Shown here: positions 28,008-38,571 of the stretch, in pieces | Layout of the letters: every line of letters starts with the position of its first letter | Numbering within the stretch: the stretch's first letter is position 1 | Source: an uncultured Acidobacteriota bacterium | GTDB lineage: Bacteria; Acidobacteriota; Thermoanaerobaculia; UBA5066; Gp7-AA6 | Assembly: GCA_963815865.1 (NCBI GenBank) | Contig: CAWFIK010000003.1 | Span: 159,127 to 223,126 of the forward strand | DNA: 64,000 nucleotides | Direction: 5' to 3' | The notes under the pieces: generated by a model | Database searches by the model: none | What the model was told of the DNA's origin: nothing | The model's input: only the letters and a program-made list of their open reading frames with translations | Program-made: the position numbers and the translations under genes

Positions 28008-28808
28008 ATGAGTGCTCTCGCGAGAACCGCGTCTCTGTCCTTCGCCGCCCTTCTGGCGGCCGGGGCCGCTCTGCAAGCCGCTGACGTCAAAGAGGTTCAT
28101 CGCACGATCCCGCTCGACCGGGACGGGCGGGTCTCGGTCAATACCTACAAGGGGAGCGTGACGGTCACGACCTGGGACAAGCCGGAAGTGAGCGTGGACG
28201 CCCGCATCGAGCCGGACGGCTACGACCGCGAGGACCGCGAGAAGGTGCAGTGGACCGAGGTCCGCATTTCGGGCGGCGGCGGCTCCGTCGAGATCAAGTC
28301 CGACTACGATCGGGTCCGGCACCACGAGCGCGGCTTCCTCGGCCTCTTCGATTTCGAGAGCGGCTCGCTCCCGTTCGTGCGCTACACGATCCAGATGCCG
28401 GCCGGAGCGCGGCTCGAGATCGAGGACCACAAGTCGGAGATCCGGGTCTCCAATCTGAAGGCCGACCTGAAGCTCAATACCTACAAGGGGACCGTGAAGG
28501 TCGAGGGCCTGGACGGCGGCGCCCGCGTGGAGACCTACAAGGGGGACGTGCGCGTCGAGTTCGCGCGGTATTCGCGCGCCAGCCGGTTCGAAACGCACAA
28601 GGGGGAGATCGAAGTGAGACTCCCCAAGGACACCCGCTTCGATCTCGACGCCGACGCGGGGCGCCACGGCGACATCGAGTCGGATTTCGCGATGGCGACG
28701 CGCGCGAGCCGCTTTCGGGGCGCGCGGACCACGGGCGCGGTCAACGGCGGCGGCCCGGAACTGCGCATGACGACCTACAAGGGAACGCTGCGGGTCCGGG
28801 CGAGCTGA
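28008..28808 (+). CDS. DUF4097-like putative adhesin / beta-helical secreted protein
   Basis: Signal peptide. Reiterated TYKGxVxV strands (NTYKGSVTV, NTYKGTVKV, ETYKGDVRV, ETHKGEIEV, TTYKGTLRV). Confidence 0.75.
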   Translation: MSALARTASLSFAALLAAGAALQAADVKEVHRTIPLDRDGRVSVNTYKGSVTVTTWDKPEVSVDARIEPDGYDREDREKVQWTEVRISGGGGSVEIKSDYDRVRHHERGFLGLFDFESGSLPFVRYTIQMPAGARLEIEDHKSEIRVSNLKADLKLNTYKGTVKVEGLDGGARVETYKGDVRVEFARYSRASRFETHKGEIEVRLPKDTRFDLDADAGRHGDIESDFAMATRASRFRGARTTGAVNGGGPELRMTTYKGTLRVRAS

Positions 28809-28837
28809 TCCCTACAGGCCCGCGGTCGTCATCGGTG

Positions 28838-28922
28838 CCGTAGGGGCGGCGCTCGCGCCGCCCGCCTCCCGTCGTAGTCAGCCGTTCGTTGTCGCGGGCG
28901 GGCGCAAGGCCCGCCCCTACGG
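28838..28922. repeat. two R3-variant hairpins
   Basis: ccgtaggggcggcgctcgcgccgcccgcc and gcgggcgggcgcaaggcccgcccctacgg lie between convergent genes. Confidence 0.75.
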
Positions 28923-28942
28923 CGCGAGGGCACGACCGTGGG

Positions 28943-29350
28943 CTACTTTCCTCGCTCGTCCCTCAGCGTCTCGTAGTGGAGGACGTTCGGATCCACGTCG
29001 AGGAGGTACTCGCGGTCGCGCGGCAGGAGGACCGCCTTCTGGTAGTCGTCGCCGGCGAACTTCTTGACGGCGTCCAGCGACTCCCACAGGGAGAGCACGA
29101 GGAACTCCATCTTGTCGCCGTCGGCACGGCGCAGCACCGTGACGCCGAGGTTCCCCGGGGTCGCGCGCACCCGGGTGATGCCGGTGGACTCCAGATACTT
29201 CTGATATTCGTCCGCTTTGGAAGCGAGCGTGCGTCCGCGCCAGATGCGCGCGATCGTCCGCCCCTTCGGCGTTTCCGAGCGGGCCGTTCCGGAGAAACCG
29301 GCGGCCATCAGGAGAACGAGCGAAAGGAGAAACCATAAAGAACGCTTCAT
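28943..29350 (-). CDS. small secreted alpha+beta protein (ABM/Dabb-like fold suspected)
   Basis: MKRSLWFLLSLVLLMAAGFSG signal. ~110-aa mature domain (IARIWRGRT...EYQKYLESTGI...FLVLSLWESLDAVKKFAG). The fold assignment is tentative. Confidence 0.6.
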   Translation of the reverse strand: MKRSLWFLLSLVLLMAAGFSGTARSETPKGRTIARIWRGRTLASKADEYQKYLESTGITRVRATPGNLGVTVLRRADGDKMEFLVLSLWESLDAVKKFAGDDYQKAVLLPRDREYLLDVDPNVLHYETLRDERGK

Positions 29351-29382
29351 CGCCACCTCCAATGGGCTAGCCTACCTTCGCC

Positions 29383-30618
29383 GTGGCGTTGTCGAATCCG
29401 AGTGTGTTCCCCTTCGTGGCGCCCGGCCGGTGGCGGGCGCTCGCGCTGCTCGCCCTGGCCGAGCTGCTCGGGATGTCGCTCTGGTTCTCGGCGTCGGCGT
29501 CGGTCCCGGCGATCAAGGCCGAGTGGGGACTGACCGATTCGACGGCGGCCTGGCTGACACTCGCGGTGCAGCTCGGCTTCGTGGCGGGGACGCTCGTCTC
29601 CGCGGTGGCGAACCTGCCGGACGTGATGAACACGCGCCGCCTCTTCGCGGCCTCGGCGGCGCTCGGCGCGGTCGCGAATGCCGCGTTCGGCCTCTTCGCG
29701 CGCGGCACGGCCCTGGGGATTCCCCTGCGCTTCGCGACGGGTTTCTTTCTGGCGGGGGTCTATCCGCCCGGCATGAAGATCATGGCGACCTGGTTCCGGC
29801 GCGGACGCGGCATGGCGCTCGGCGTGCTCGTCGGGGCCCTGACGCTCGGGAAGGCTTCGCCCTATCTCGTCAACGCGATCGGGGGCTCCGCGTGGAGGGG
29901 CCATGTCCTCTTTGTATCCCTCCTCGCGGTCGCCGGCGGCCTCGTCGTCCTCTTCTTCGTGGGGGACGGCCCCTACTCGACCGGCACGGCGCCGTTTGAC
30001 ATCCACCAGGTGGGTCAGGTCTTTCGCAACCGCGGCGTGCGCCTGGCCAACTTCGGCTACCTCGGGCACATGTGGGAGCTCTACGCGATGTGGACCTGGG
30101 CGCCGGTGATGATCCGCGCGAGCCTGGCCGCCCACGGATCGCCCCCCTCGCTGGCGGAAGCGGGCTCGTTTCTCGTGCTCGGGGCCGGGGCCGCCGGCTG
30201 CGTCGCGGCGGGGCTCGCGGCGGACCGGATCGGGCGGACGGCGGTCGCGTCCGCGGCGCTCGCCGTGAGCGGCGCCTGCTGCGTGGCCGTGGGGTTCCTC
30301 TTCGACTCGAGCCCGAACCTCCTCCTCGCCGTCGCGACCATCTGGGGAGCGGCGGTCGTCGCCGACTCGGCGCAGTTCTCCGCCTGCGTGACGGAGCTGG
30401 GCGATCCGCGATACCTCGGGACCGCCCTGACCGTGCAGACCTGCCTCGGGTTTCTCCTGACCACGCTGTCCATCCGCCTCATGCCGGTCCTGGTCGACCG
30501 GGTCGGATGGCGCTACGCCTTCGCCTTCCTCGCCCCCGGCCCCGTCTTCGGCGTCGTCTCGATGCTCCGGCTGCGCGGGTTGCCCGAAGCCGCAAAGATC
30601 GCCCAGGGCCGCCGGTAA
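29383..30618 (+). CDS. MFS transporter
   Basis: 411 aa with about 12 hydrophobic segments. Loop 2-3-like motif and a central cytoplasmic loop (RRGRGMALG). Confidence 0.8.
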   Translation: MALSNPSVFPFVAPGRWRALALLALAELLGMSLWFSASASVPAIKAEWGLTDSTAAWLTLAVQLGFVAGTLVSAVANLPDVMNTRRLFAASAALGAVANAAFGLFARGTALGIPLRFATGFFLAGVYPPGMKIMATWFRRGRGMALGVLVGALTLGKASPYLVNAIGGSAWRGHVLFVSLLAVAGGLVVLFFVGDGPYSTGTAPFDIHQVGQVFRNRGVRLANFGYLGHMWELYAMWTWAPVMIRASLAAHGSPPSLAEAGSFLVLGAGAAGCVAAGLAADRIGRTAVASAALAVSGACCVAVGFLFDSSPNLLLAVATIWGAAVVADSAQFSACVTELGDPRYLGTALTVQTCLGFLLTTLSIRLMPVLVDRVGWRYAFAFLAPGPVFGVVSMLRLRGLPEAAKIAQGRR

Positions 30619-30641
30619 GCCGCGAGGTGTCCCTTTGTTCT

Positions 30642-30721
30642 TGTAGGGGAGGGGCTTGCCCCTCCCGCCCCTCGAGACATGCGGCGTCCAGAGGCGGGAG
30701 GCGCAAGCGCCTCCCCTACAG
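30642..30721. repeat. two R3 hairpins in opposite orientation
   Basis: tgtaggggaggggcttgcccctcccgcccc ... ggcgggaggcgcaagcgcctcccctacag. Confidence 0.85.
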
Positions 30722-30803
30722 CACGGGGGCCGCGGCCAGTGGCAGGTGAGACGGTAGCGAGGAGGCCGCGGGAAGCGTGGGCGCGGATAGACTTCGCGGT
30801 TCG

Positions 30804-31769
30804 ATGATTCGGATCGAGGACATTCGGGCGGCGGCGGTGCGGATCGCGGGGAAGGTGCATCGCACGCCGCTCGTCTCGGCAGAACAGCTCGGGGAGCGCG
30901 TCGGCGTGCGTCTGTACTTGAAATGCGAGAGCTTCCAGAAGACCGGCTCGTTCAAGCCGCGGGGAGCGTTGAACAAGGTGCTCTCGCTCTCGGACGCGGA
31001 AAAGGCGCGCGGCCTCGTCACCGTTTCCGCGGGCAACCACGCGCAGGCCGTGGCGTGGGCGGCGCGGATCGCGGGAGCTTCCTGCGCGGTCGTCATGCCT
31101 TCCAGTGCTCCGCGCTCGAAGATGGACGCGGTTCGCGGCTACGGCGCCGAGGTCATCGAGCACGGCGACCGCGCCACGCTCTTCGACAAGTTGAACGAGG
31201 TCCGCGAGGCCCGCGGGCTGACGTTCGTCCATCCCTTCGACGATCCGGTCGTCCTCGCGGGCGCGGGCACGGCGGGGCTGGAGATCCTGGAGGACCTGCC
31301 GGAGGCGGACGTCGTCGTTGTCCCGGTCGGCGGCGGCGGGCTTCTGGGCGGCGTCGCCTCCGCCGTCAAGCAGCTCCGGCGCAAGACGCGCGTCGTGGCG
31401 GTCGAGCTGGCGGAGGGTCCGGGGCTCGCCCCGGCGCTCGCCGCCGGAAAACCCGTTCCCGCGCCGCGCCCCTCCGATACGCTCGCCGACGGAATGACGC
31501 CGCCGTTCGTGGGAGCGCTGCCGCTCGAGATCGCGCGCGAGGCCGTGGACGAGATCGTGTCCGTCACGGAACGCGAGATCATCGAGGCGATGAAGCTGCT
31601 GATGACGCGCGCGAAGCTCTATGTCGAAGGCTCGGGCGCCGCGGCGACGGCGGCCCTTCTCTCCGCCAGGACGAAGCCTCCGGCCGGCGCCCGCATCGTC
31701 GCGATCGTCTCGGGGGGCAACGTGGATCTCGAGCGCGTCGCTCGGGTCTGCGATCCGCGCGCGTCATGA
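30804..31769 (+). CDS. PLP-dependent threonine/serine dehydratase family protein
   Basis: LKCESFQKTGSFKPRGALNKV (PLP-lysine motif), SAGNHAQA, and glycine loop VPVGGGGLLGG. Start could also be GTG 30777. Confidence 0.85.
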   Translation: MIRIEDIRAAAVRIAGKVHRTPLVSAEQLGERVGVRLYLKCESFQKTGSFKPRGALNKVLSLSDAEKARGLVTVSAGNHAQAVAWAARIAGASCAVVMPSSAPRSKMDAVRGYGAEVIEHGDRATLFDKLNEVREARGLTFVHPFDDPVVLAGAGTAGLEILEDLPEADVVVVPVGGGGLLGGVASAVKQLRRKTRVVAVELAEGPGLAPALAAGKPVPAPRPSDTLADGMTPPFVGALPLEIAREAVDEIVSVTEREIIEAMKLLMTRAKLYVEGSGAAATAALLSARTKPPAGARIVAIVSGGNVDLERVARVCDPRAS

Positions 31770-32191
31770 GGAATCCGGACGAGACGGCCGTCGAGGCCGC
31801 GAACCTCGCGTTCTACCGCGCGCTGGAGGCCCGCGACCTCTCCGCGATGGAGCAGGTGTGGCTCCACGAGGAGTCGGCGAGCTGCGTGCACCCGGGATGG
31901 CACCGGCTGGACGGCTGGTCCGAGGTCCGCCGCTCCTGGGAGAACATCTTCGCCAACGCCCGCCCGTGGTCCGTGGCGTGCGAGGAGGTGCGGATCCAGA
32001 TCCGAGGCGACGTCGCCTGGGTCACGTGCGTCGAGCTCTTGACGGCGTTCGGATCGGATCCGGAGGAGGGCGCGGCGCGGATGCAGGCGACCAACGTCTT
32101 CGCGCGCGCCGACGGGCGGTGGGGCCTGCTGCACCATCACTCCTCTCCGTTCTCCAGCGACTCGGGGGAAGAAGAGGAGACGGTGAACTAG
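31766..32191 (+). CDS. SnoaL/DUF4440-like (NTF2-fold) protein
   Basis: ATG overlaps the upstream stop (ATGA). ANLAFYRALEARDLSAMEQVWLHEESASCVHPGW...RADGRWGLLHHHSS. Confidence 0.7.
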   Translation: MRNPDETAVEAANLAFYRALEARDLSAMEQVWLHEESASCVHPGWHRLDGWSEVRRSWENIFANARPWSVACEEVRIQIRGDVAWVTCVELLTAFGSDPEEGAARMQATNVFARADGRWGLLHHHSSPFSSDSGEEEETVN

Positions 32192-32471
32192 ACGAGAGAT
32201 TTGTGATTTGTGATTGGCGATTTGTGATTCTCTGTAAGGACCGCCGGGACGGTTGCGCCGCGGGCCTCCGACAAATAGCGCGCCATCGGGTGAGATGACC
32301 GTTCTCTGACGGAGAGTCGGGCGAGAGCCGCACCCTCGCATCCGCGAGGAGTACGACTAAAGTCGGGGATGCCTCGAGACGCTCATCTCCGCTCTTCTCG
32401 TGGCTGCGAGTTTTCTTGACAACCGTGAGCCATGCATATACCGTGCGCCCCAAACTTTTGGGAGGCTCCAA

Positions 32472-35400
32472 ATGAACAGGCGAATCACCTGGACTCTCTC
32501 CGCATTTGCCGTCTCGCTTCTGATCGCGGTCGTCGTGCCTTCGAGCCGTGCCCAGGTGGTTCGAATCTCGAAAGGCGCGCTCCTCCTTCCAAGGACGCTC
32601 TTGTCTTTGCCTCCGAGAGTTCTTGGCAGCGCTCTGCTCCGCTCGTCCGCGAAGGCTGCCGCGACAGAACAGGCAGGCAACGGCGTCATCACGGGCGCCT
32701 CGTACCACAACGACACCTCTCCGGCGCTGCGCGACATGGTGGCAGTTCCCATCGCGTCCCCGAAAGGAAAGAGTGAGCGCGAGGCGAACGAGAATCCGAA
32801 GATACCGATCGTCCACAAGAACAGCCCGGACGGATCGGTCGTCCAGAACCAGCACGTCTCCACGCCGAACATGCCCACCCCGATCCTGAATTTCGACGGC
32901 ATCCCGTTCCCCGGCGTGGTTTGCAATTGCGCGCCTCCCGACACCGACGGCGAGGTCGGCGCTGACGCAATACGTCCAGATCGTCAACGAGGGGTACCAG
33001 GTCTTCGACAAGACCACGCGGCGCGTCGGTCTTCGGGCCCGTGGCCATCTCGACGATCTGGACCGGATTCGGCGGCGTCTGCGAGACCAGCGGCTCGGGC
33101 GACCCGATCGTGCTCTACGACCAGATCGCCAATCGCTGGCTCGTCAGCCAGTTCGCCGGCACCTCGTTCATTACGGACGAGTGCATCGCCGTCTCCACAA
33201 CGGCCGACGCCACCGGCAGCTATAACCGCTACGGCTTTCATCTGGGCTCGACCACTTTCTTCGACTATCCCAAGATCTCCGTGTGGCCCGACGCCTACTA
33301 CATGAGCATGAACGTGTTCAACTCGCAGGGCACCGCGTTCCTGGGCCCGCAGCCGTTCGCATTCGACCGCGCGGCGATGCTGGCCGGGAGCGCGGCCACT
33401 TTCGTCAGCACCGGCATCACCGGCGGACCGGCGGAGGATGCGTATCTTCCCGCGGACCTGGACGGCTCGACTCTGCCGCCCGCGGGCGACCCCGGCGACG
33501 TTCGTGGAATTCCCGTCAACCAATACCTACAGGGTCTTCCACTTCCACGCCGACTTCGCCGTGCCTGCCAACTCGACGTTCACTCTCTTTGCCAGCCCGG
33601 CCGCCGCGCCCTTTACGCTGCTTTGTGAAACAACGCGGGCCTGCGTGCCCCAGTTGGGCTCAGCCGACGGCCTGGATGCCATCGCCGACCGGCTGATGTA
33701 CCGGCTCGCCTACCGCATCATCGGCGGGACGGAATCCGTCGTCGGCAACTTCACCGTCAGCTCCGGCGGCGTGGCCGGCATCCGCTGGTTCGAGCTGCGC
33801 AACGTGAGCGCCGGCCCGGTGACGGTCTTCCAGGAAAGCACCTATCAGCCGGATACCACCTGGCGCTGGATGGGCAGCGCGGCCATGGACAGGGACGGCG
33901 ACATGGCGCTCGGCTTCAGCGCCTCGAGCCCGACCATCTTTCCGCAGATCCGCTACGCGGGGCGCCTGGCGGGCGATCCATTCAACACGCTGGCGCAGGG
34001 GGAGGCCCACCTCTTCGACGGCACGGGAAGCCAGACCGACACCGTCAACCGCTGGGGCGACTACAGCGCCCTGACCATTGATCCGGTGGACGACTGCACG
34101 TTCTGGTACACGCAGGAGTACTACGCGACGACGGGCAGCTTCAACTGGCGCACGCGCATCGGCAACTTCAAGTTCCCATCGTGCAACAACCCGAATCCGT
34201 TCGTCACGATCGGCAAGACCGCCGACGCCGCGAGCGTTGTCGAAGGCTCCCAGGTCGGGTTCACGGTGACCCTGAACAACCTGGGCGGCAGCATGGCGAC
34301 CGGGCTGACATTCACCGACAATCTGCCGTCGGGCTCCGGGATCGACTGGGCAATCGACGCCGCCGGAACCGATTCCGGCTGGGCGGTGAGCGGCTCACCG
34401 CCTAGTCAGAGCCTCACCTACAGCCCCACGACCCTGGCGGCGACGACGAGCACGCACGCCCATGTCGTCAGCAGCACGACCACCGCCACGTGCGGCTCGA
34501 CTCTCAGCAACACGGCCTCATTCACGTCAGACAACGGCGGCTCCGGGAGCGCGTCGGCCTCGGTGGCTGTCGTGGGGCCGACCGTCACCCAGTTCAGCGA
34601 GAACTTCGACGGCGTGACGCCGCCCGCGCTGCCCGCGGATTGGACGGCGACGAATGCCGCCGGCCCGGCGCCGCTGTGGGTCACGTCCTCGACGAGCCCC
34701 GATACCGCGCCCAACGACGCCTTCGTGGATGATCCCGCCGTCGTCAGCGACAAGCGGCTGGATTCGCCAAGCATCGCCATTCCAACGGCGACTGCCAGGC
34801 TCACCTTCCGCAACAACTACAACCTGGAGAGCACGTTCGACGGCGGCGTGCTGGAGATCTCGATCGCGGGCGGAGCCTTTACGGACATCGTCACCGCGGG
34901 CGGCAGCTTCGTTACGGGCGGTTATAACGCGACGATTTCCACCTCCTTCGGCAGCCCCATCGCCGGTCGCCGGGCATGGAGCGGCAACTCTGGCGGTTAC
35001 GTCACGACGACTGTGAGCCTGCCCGCGGCCGCGGCCGGACAGAACATCCAACTGCGCTGGCGCATGGGCAGCGACAGCAGCGTGTCGGTCACCGGCTGGC
35101 GCATCGACACCATCTCGATCCAGGACAGTATTTGCGGCGGCAACACGCCGACACCGACGAACACGCCGACGGTGACCAATACGCCGACGAATACACCGAC
35201 GAACACGCCGACGGTCACCGGCACCCCGCCGACGGCAACCCCCACGCCCTGCCCGTTGACGTGGCAGATCGTTGCGCCGATGCCGGTGGATCTGTATGGC
35301 GCCGCTGGCGCTTCCGACGGCACCTTCTCCTACCACGCCGGCGGCTACTCCTTCAGCGCGGCCACCACTTTGAACGTTTTCAACCGTTACGATCCGGTGG

Positions 35401-37448
35401 CGAACTCCTGGACCGCGCGGGCGTCTCTGCCGGACGCGCTCAGCCTGGAGGCTTCCGCGGTTTACTACCCGACGACGAACAAGATTTACGTGTTCGGCGG
35501 TGAAGACGGCGACACAGGAGTCAATACCAACGCCACGAGGATCTTTGACATCGCTTCCAACACGTGGAGCGCGGGAGCGAACATGCCGGACGTGCGCAGC
35601 TTCATGGCCTCCGGCTATAACAGCGCCAACGGCAAGATCTATCTCGTCAGCGGCTACAACAATGGCCAGGTCGACAGCGCCCAGCCCGACACGTGGGAAT
35701 ACGACCCGGTGGCGAACACTTTCACGTCTCGCGCGGCGTTTCCGCATCCCGTAGGCGGCGCCGCGTACGGCATCATCAACGGCCATCTGTACGTGGCCGG
35801 CGGGCGCGATGCCGCCAATACGGTTGTTCAACTCGTCTGGGACTACAACATCGCGGCCAACACGTGGACGGCGAGGACCAGCATGCCGGGCACGGAAACC
35901 AACGTTCCCGGCAGCGCCGTGGCAAGCGGCAAACTGTTTGTTTTCGGGGGCGGGAATCCGTTTGGCCCCACGCAGGGTGCTTCGACCACGGCCGCGTTTG
36001 CGAGGATCAAGGTCAAGACTCCGGTTCCGGACACCACCAGCGCCGGGCTCGTCTACGACCCAGTCGCGGATAGCTGGTCAAGCGTTCCCAGCATGAACGT
36101 GAATCGGGCATTCACATCCGGCGCGACGATCGGCAGCAAGGTGGTTGCCGCCGGCGGCTACAACGGCGTGACCACCGTTGCGAGCGCGGAGGTGCTGAGC
36201 AGTCAGTGTCCTCCAACGCCGACGCCCACGCCGACGGCATGCCCGGGGCTCACCACGATCTTCAGCGAGAACTTCGACGGTGTGACGCCGCCGGCGCTGC
36301 CCGCGGGCTGGGTTGCCACCGTTCCGACCTGTGTCCCGGGAGGATGCGGCTGGGTGACCTCCAACTCGGGAACACCCACGCCGGTGGCCGACACGCTACC
36401 CAACGCCGCGTTTGCGCCCGACCTCAGCAATATCTCCGACCAGCGTCTCGATTCGCCGAGCATCGCGATCCAAACGGCCAGCGCGCAGTTGACCTTCCGC
36501 CAGAACCGCAACGTGGAGAGCACGTTCGACGGCGGCGTGCTGGAGATTTCAATCGGCGGCGGAGCGTTCACGGACATCCTCGCCGCGGGCGGCAGCTTCG
36601 TCACGGGCGGGTACAACGCGACGATCAGCAGCAGCTTCGGCAGCCCCATCGCCGGCCGTCAGGCGTGGAGCGGCACGACGTCGGGTGCCTTTGTCACGAC
36701 GACGGTGAACTTGCCCGCGTCCGCGGCCGGACAGAACATCGTTCTGCGCTGGCGCATGGCCAGCGACAACAGCGTCGGAGTTCAGGGCTGGCGCGTCGAT
36801 ACCATCGGCATCACCGATTGTGTCCCGCCGACGCCCACGCCGACGAACACGCCGACGCCGACGCCAACGAACACGCCAACGCCGACGCCGACCAACACGC
36901 CGACGAACACGCCAACCAATACTCCTGTTCCGCCGACCAACACGCCGACCAACACGCCGACGCCGATCCTGTCAACGTGCAAGCAGGAAGGTACCTGCCT
37001 CGTCTTTGAGTACCTGGGCTATGCGACGGACATCAGCGGACGGACGACCATCACCTTCCGCATTACCAATAAGTGCCAGAACAACACCGGCTACGTTGCG
37101 ATCGGCAGCAATGGCTTCACGCGCATCGCGCCCGCGAACGGCAGCGTCTATACCGGCAGCCTGGGCACCTACAATGTGACCTGGACCAATGCGAACGGGA
37201 ACCCGGGCTTCCCGGGCATCAAGTTCGACCGGGCCACAGGGAGCTACAACAGTTTCGCGTCGGACGTGTTCAGCATCGTGGTGACGAACTTCAATGCGAA
37301 CACCACGATCCCGGTGGCGGGGAAGTCCGGCAGCCACTCTCAGGAGACGTTCAACTTCCTGTTGAGTCAGACGACCTGCGTGGCGACGCCGACCAACACC
37401 CCGACGAGAACGCCGACGCCGACGCCGACCAGGACTCCCAGGAGGTAG
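32472..37448 (+). CDS. very large secreted multidomain protein (N-terminal catalytic-like domain, 2x ~180-aa jelly-roll-like modules, Kelch-repeat propeller, Pro/Thr linkers); three +1 frameshifts in the first 1.1 kb
   Basis: ggagg SD followed by ATG 32472 and a signal peptide. Pieces 32472-~32957, ~32958-33016, ~33018-33490 and 33490-37448 join seamlessly (…GEVGA|TQYVQIVNEGYQVFDKTT|GASVFGPVAISTIW…LPPAGD|PATFVEFPSTNTY…). Kelch-like IYVFGG, KIYLVSGY, HLYVAGG, KLFVFGG, KVVAAGG. Confidence 0.8.
34595..35126 (+). repeat. internal duplicated module 1 (SENFDGVTPPALPADW ... GWRIDTISIQD)
   Basis: Near-identical domain order and many identical peptides compared with 36264-36819 (DSPSIAI, ESTFDGGVLEISI.GGAFTDI..AGGSFVTGGYNATIS.SFGSPIAGR.AWSG, AAGQNI.LRWRM.SD). 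Confidence 0.9.
35144..35251 (+). repeat. coding tandem repeat, (ACN CCN)n Pro/Thr linker
   Basis: Encodes TPTPTNTPTVTNTPTNTPTNTPTVTGTPPTATPTP. Confidence 0.9.
36264..36819 (+). repeat. internal duplicated module 2 (SENFDGVTPPALPAGW ... GWRVDTIGITD)
   Basis: See module 1. Confidence 0.9.
36825..36967 (+). repeat. coding tandem repeat, Pro/Thr linker
   Basis: Encodes PPTPTPTNTPTPTPTNTPTPTPTNTPTNTPTNTPVPPTNTPTNTPTP. A third short copy lies at 37384-37440. Confidence 0.9.
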
Positions 37449-37520
37449 ATTGCGGTAAGGGGTCAGAGGAAAACGCGGGCGAGTCATCCACGGGATGGCT
37501 CGCCCGCTGAGAGAGGTTCA

Positions 37521-37553
37521 AGCAGGGCGGGATCTTCCGCCCTGCTTTTTTTT
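37521..37553 (+). terminator. rho-independent terminator
   Basis: agcagggcgg-gatctt-ccgccctgct followed by a T8 run, about 70 nt after the stop of the large gene. Confidence 0.85.
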
Positions 37554-37674
37554 AGAGTGCTCGTGTTCGACTGTTCCGGGAGGCCGGGCAGCCTGAAACA
37601 AGGCTGCGGATCGAAGGATCCCTCAGCCCGACCCTCTCCCGCGGAGACAGGAGCTTCGAGGGGAAGGAGCCTCG

Positions 37675-38439
37675 CTACCTGCCGGGGGATCCGGGGAGGG
37701 CCTCGAGGAAGTTCCTCCAGACTTCCAGGTAGTCTCGCCCTCCCGCCACGTACGTATCGTTGTGCGTGGCGCCGGGGATCACGTAGAAGTCTCTGGGTGG
37801 CGCCGCGAGCTCGAAGAGGCGGCGGGCATGGCCGGGCGGGACAACGTCGTCTCTCTCGGCGGCCACGATCAGTTTCGGGACGGTGACCCGGGCGATCTTC
37901 CCCTCGTTGTCGAAGCGCGTGCGGATCAGAAACGCCGGCAGGAACGGATAGATCGCCCTGGCCATGGCCGCGATCGAGCGAAAAGGGGTCTCCAGGATCA
38001 GCGCGCGGCAGGGATGCCGCAGCGCCGTCTCGATCGCGACCGCGCCGCCGAGGGACTCTCCGAAGAGCACGATCCGGTCGGGCGGGAATCCTCGCTCGGC
38101 CGCGGCCCGGAGGATCGCCTCGCCGTCCGCGTAGAGGCCCTCTTCATCGGGCTCTCCGCTGCTCGCTCCGTAGCCGCGGTAGTCCACGAGAAAGACGTCG
38201 AGGCCGAGCGACTCGACGAAGAGCCTCGCGCGGTCCAGGCGGTGGCTGATGTTGCCGGCGTTGCCGTGGAAGAAGAGGACAGCCATCCTTCCACCGCCGT
38301 GGATCCACCACCCTTCCAGCCTCACGCCTCCGGCCGGCTCGAGCGAGAGCGCCTCCGCCGTGAGGCCGAAGTCCTCGGGTCTCGCGTCATACGTCCTCTG
38401 CGGGAAGTAGATGAGAGCCGCCTCGATCCTCCGGAACAT
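37675..38439 (-). CDS. alpha/beta hydrolase (BEM46-like serine hydrolase)
   Basis: LIYFPQR..., HGNAGN, GYGASSG, nucleophile elbow FGESLGG, ERDDVV, GATHND. The start may lie further upstream (the ORF extends to 38610). Confidence 0.8.
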   Translation of the reverse strand: MFRRIEAALIYFPQRTYDARPEDFGLTAEALSLEPAGGVRLEGWWIHGGGRMAVLFFHGNAGNISHRLDRARLFVESLGLDVFLVDYRGYGASSGEPDEEGLYADGEAILRAAAERGFPPDRIVLFGESLGGAVAIETALRHPCRALILETPFRSIAAMARAIYPFLPAFLIRTRFDNEGKIARVTVPKLIVAAERDDVVPPGHARRLFELAAPPRDFYVIPGATHNDTYVAGGRDYLEVWRNFLEALPGSPGR

Positions 38440-38571
38440 CAGGAGGATCTCTTTCCCCCTGTCAGGAGAGCGGAGCGGCTCCTCAGGATGAAAGTGCGGA
38501 GGATGACTCGCCGACTTCCGGGCAACGGTGTTCGATGATAGAAAAGCAATTCCGAATCCGAGGAGGAGAAT

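Noticed and set aside
35144-37440. Regularly spaced short repeats (acgccgacg/aacacgccg units) that could superficially resemble a CRISPR or VNTR array.
   Set aside because: They are in-frame Pro/Thr linker-coding repeats inside one large gene, with no unique spacers and no repeat-spacer periodicity.
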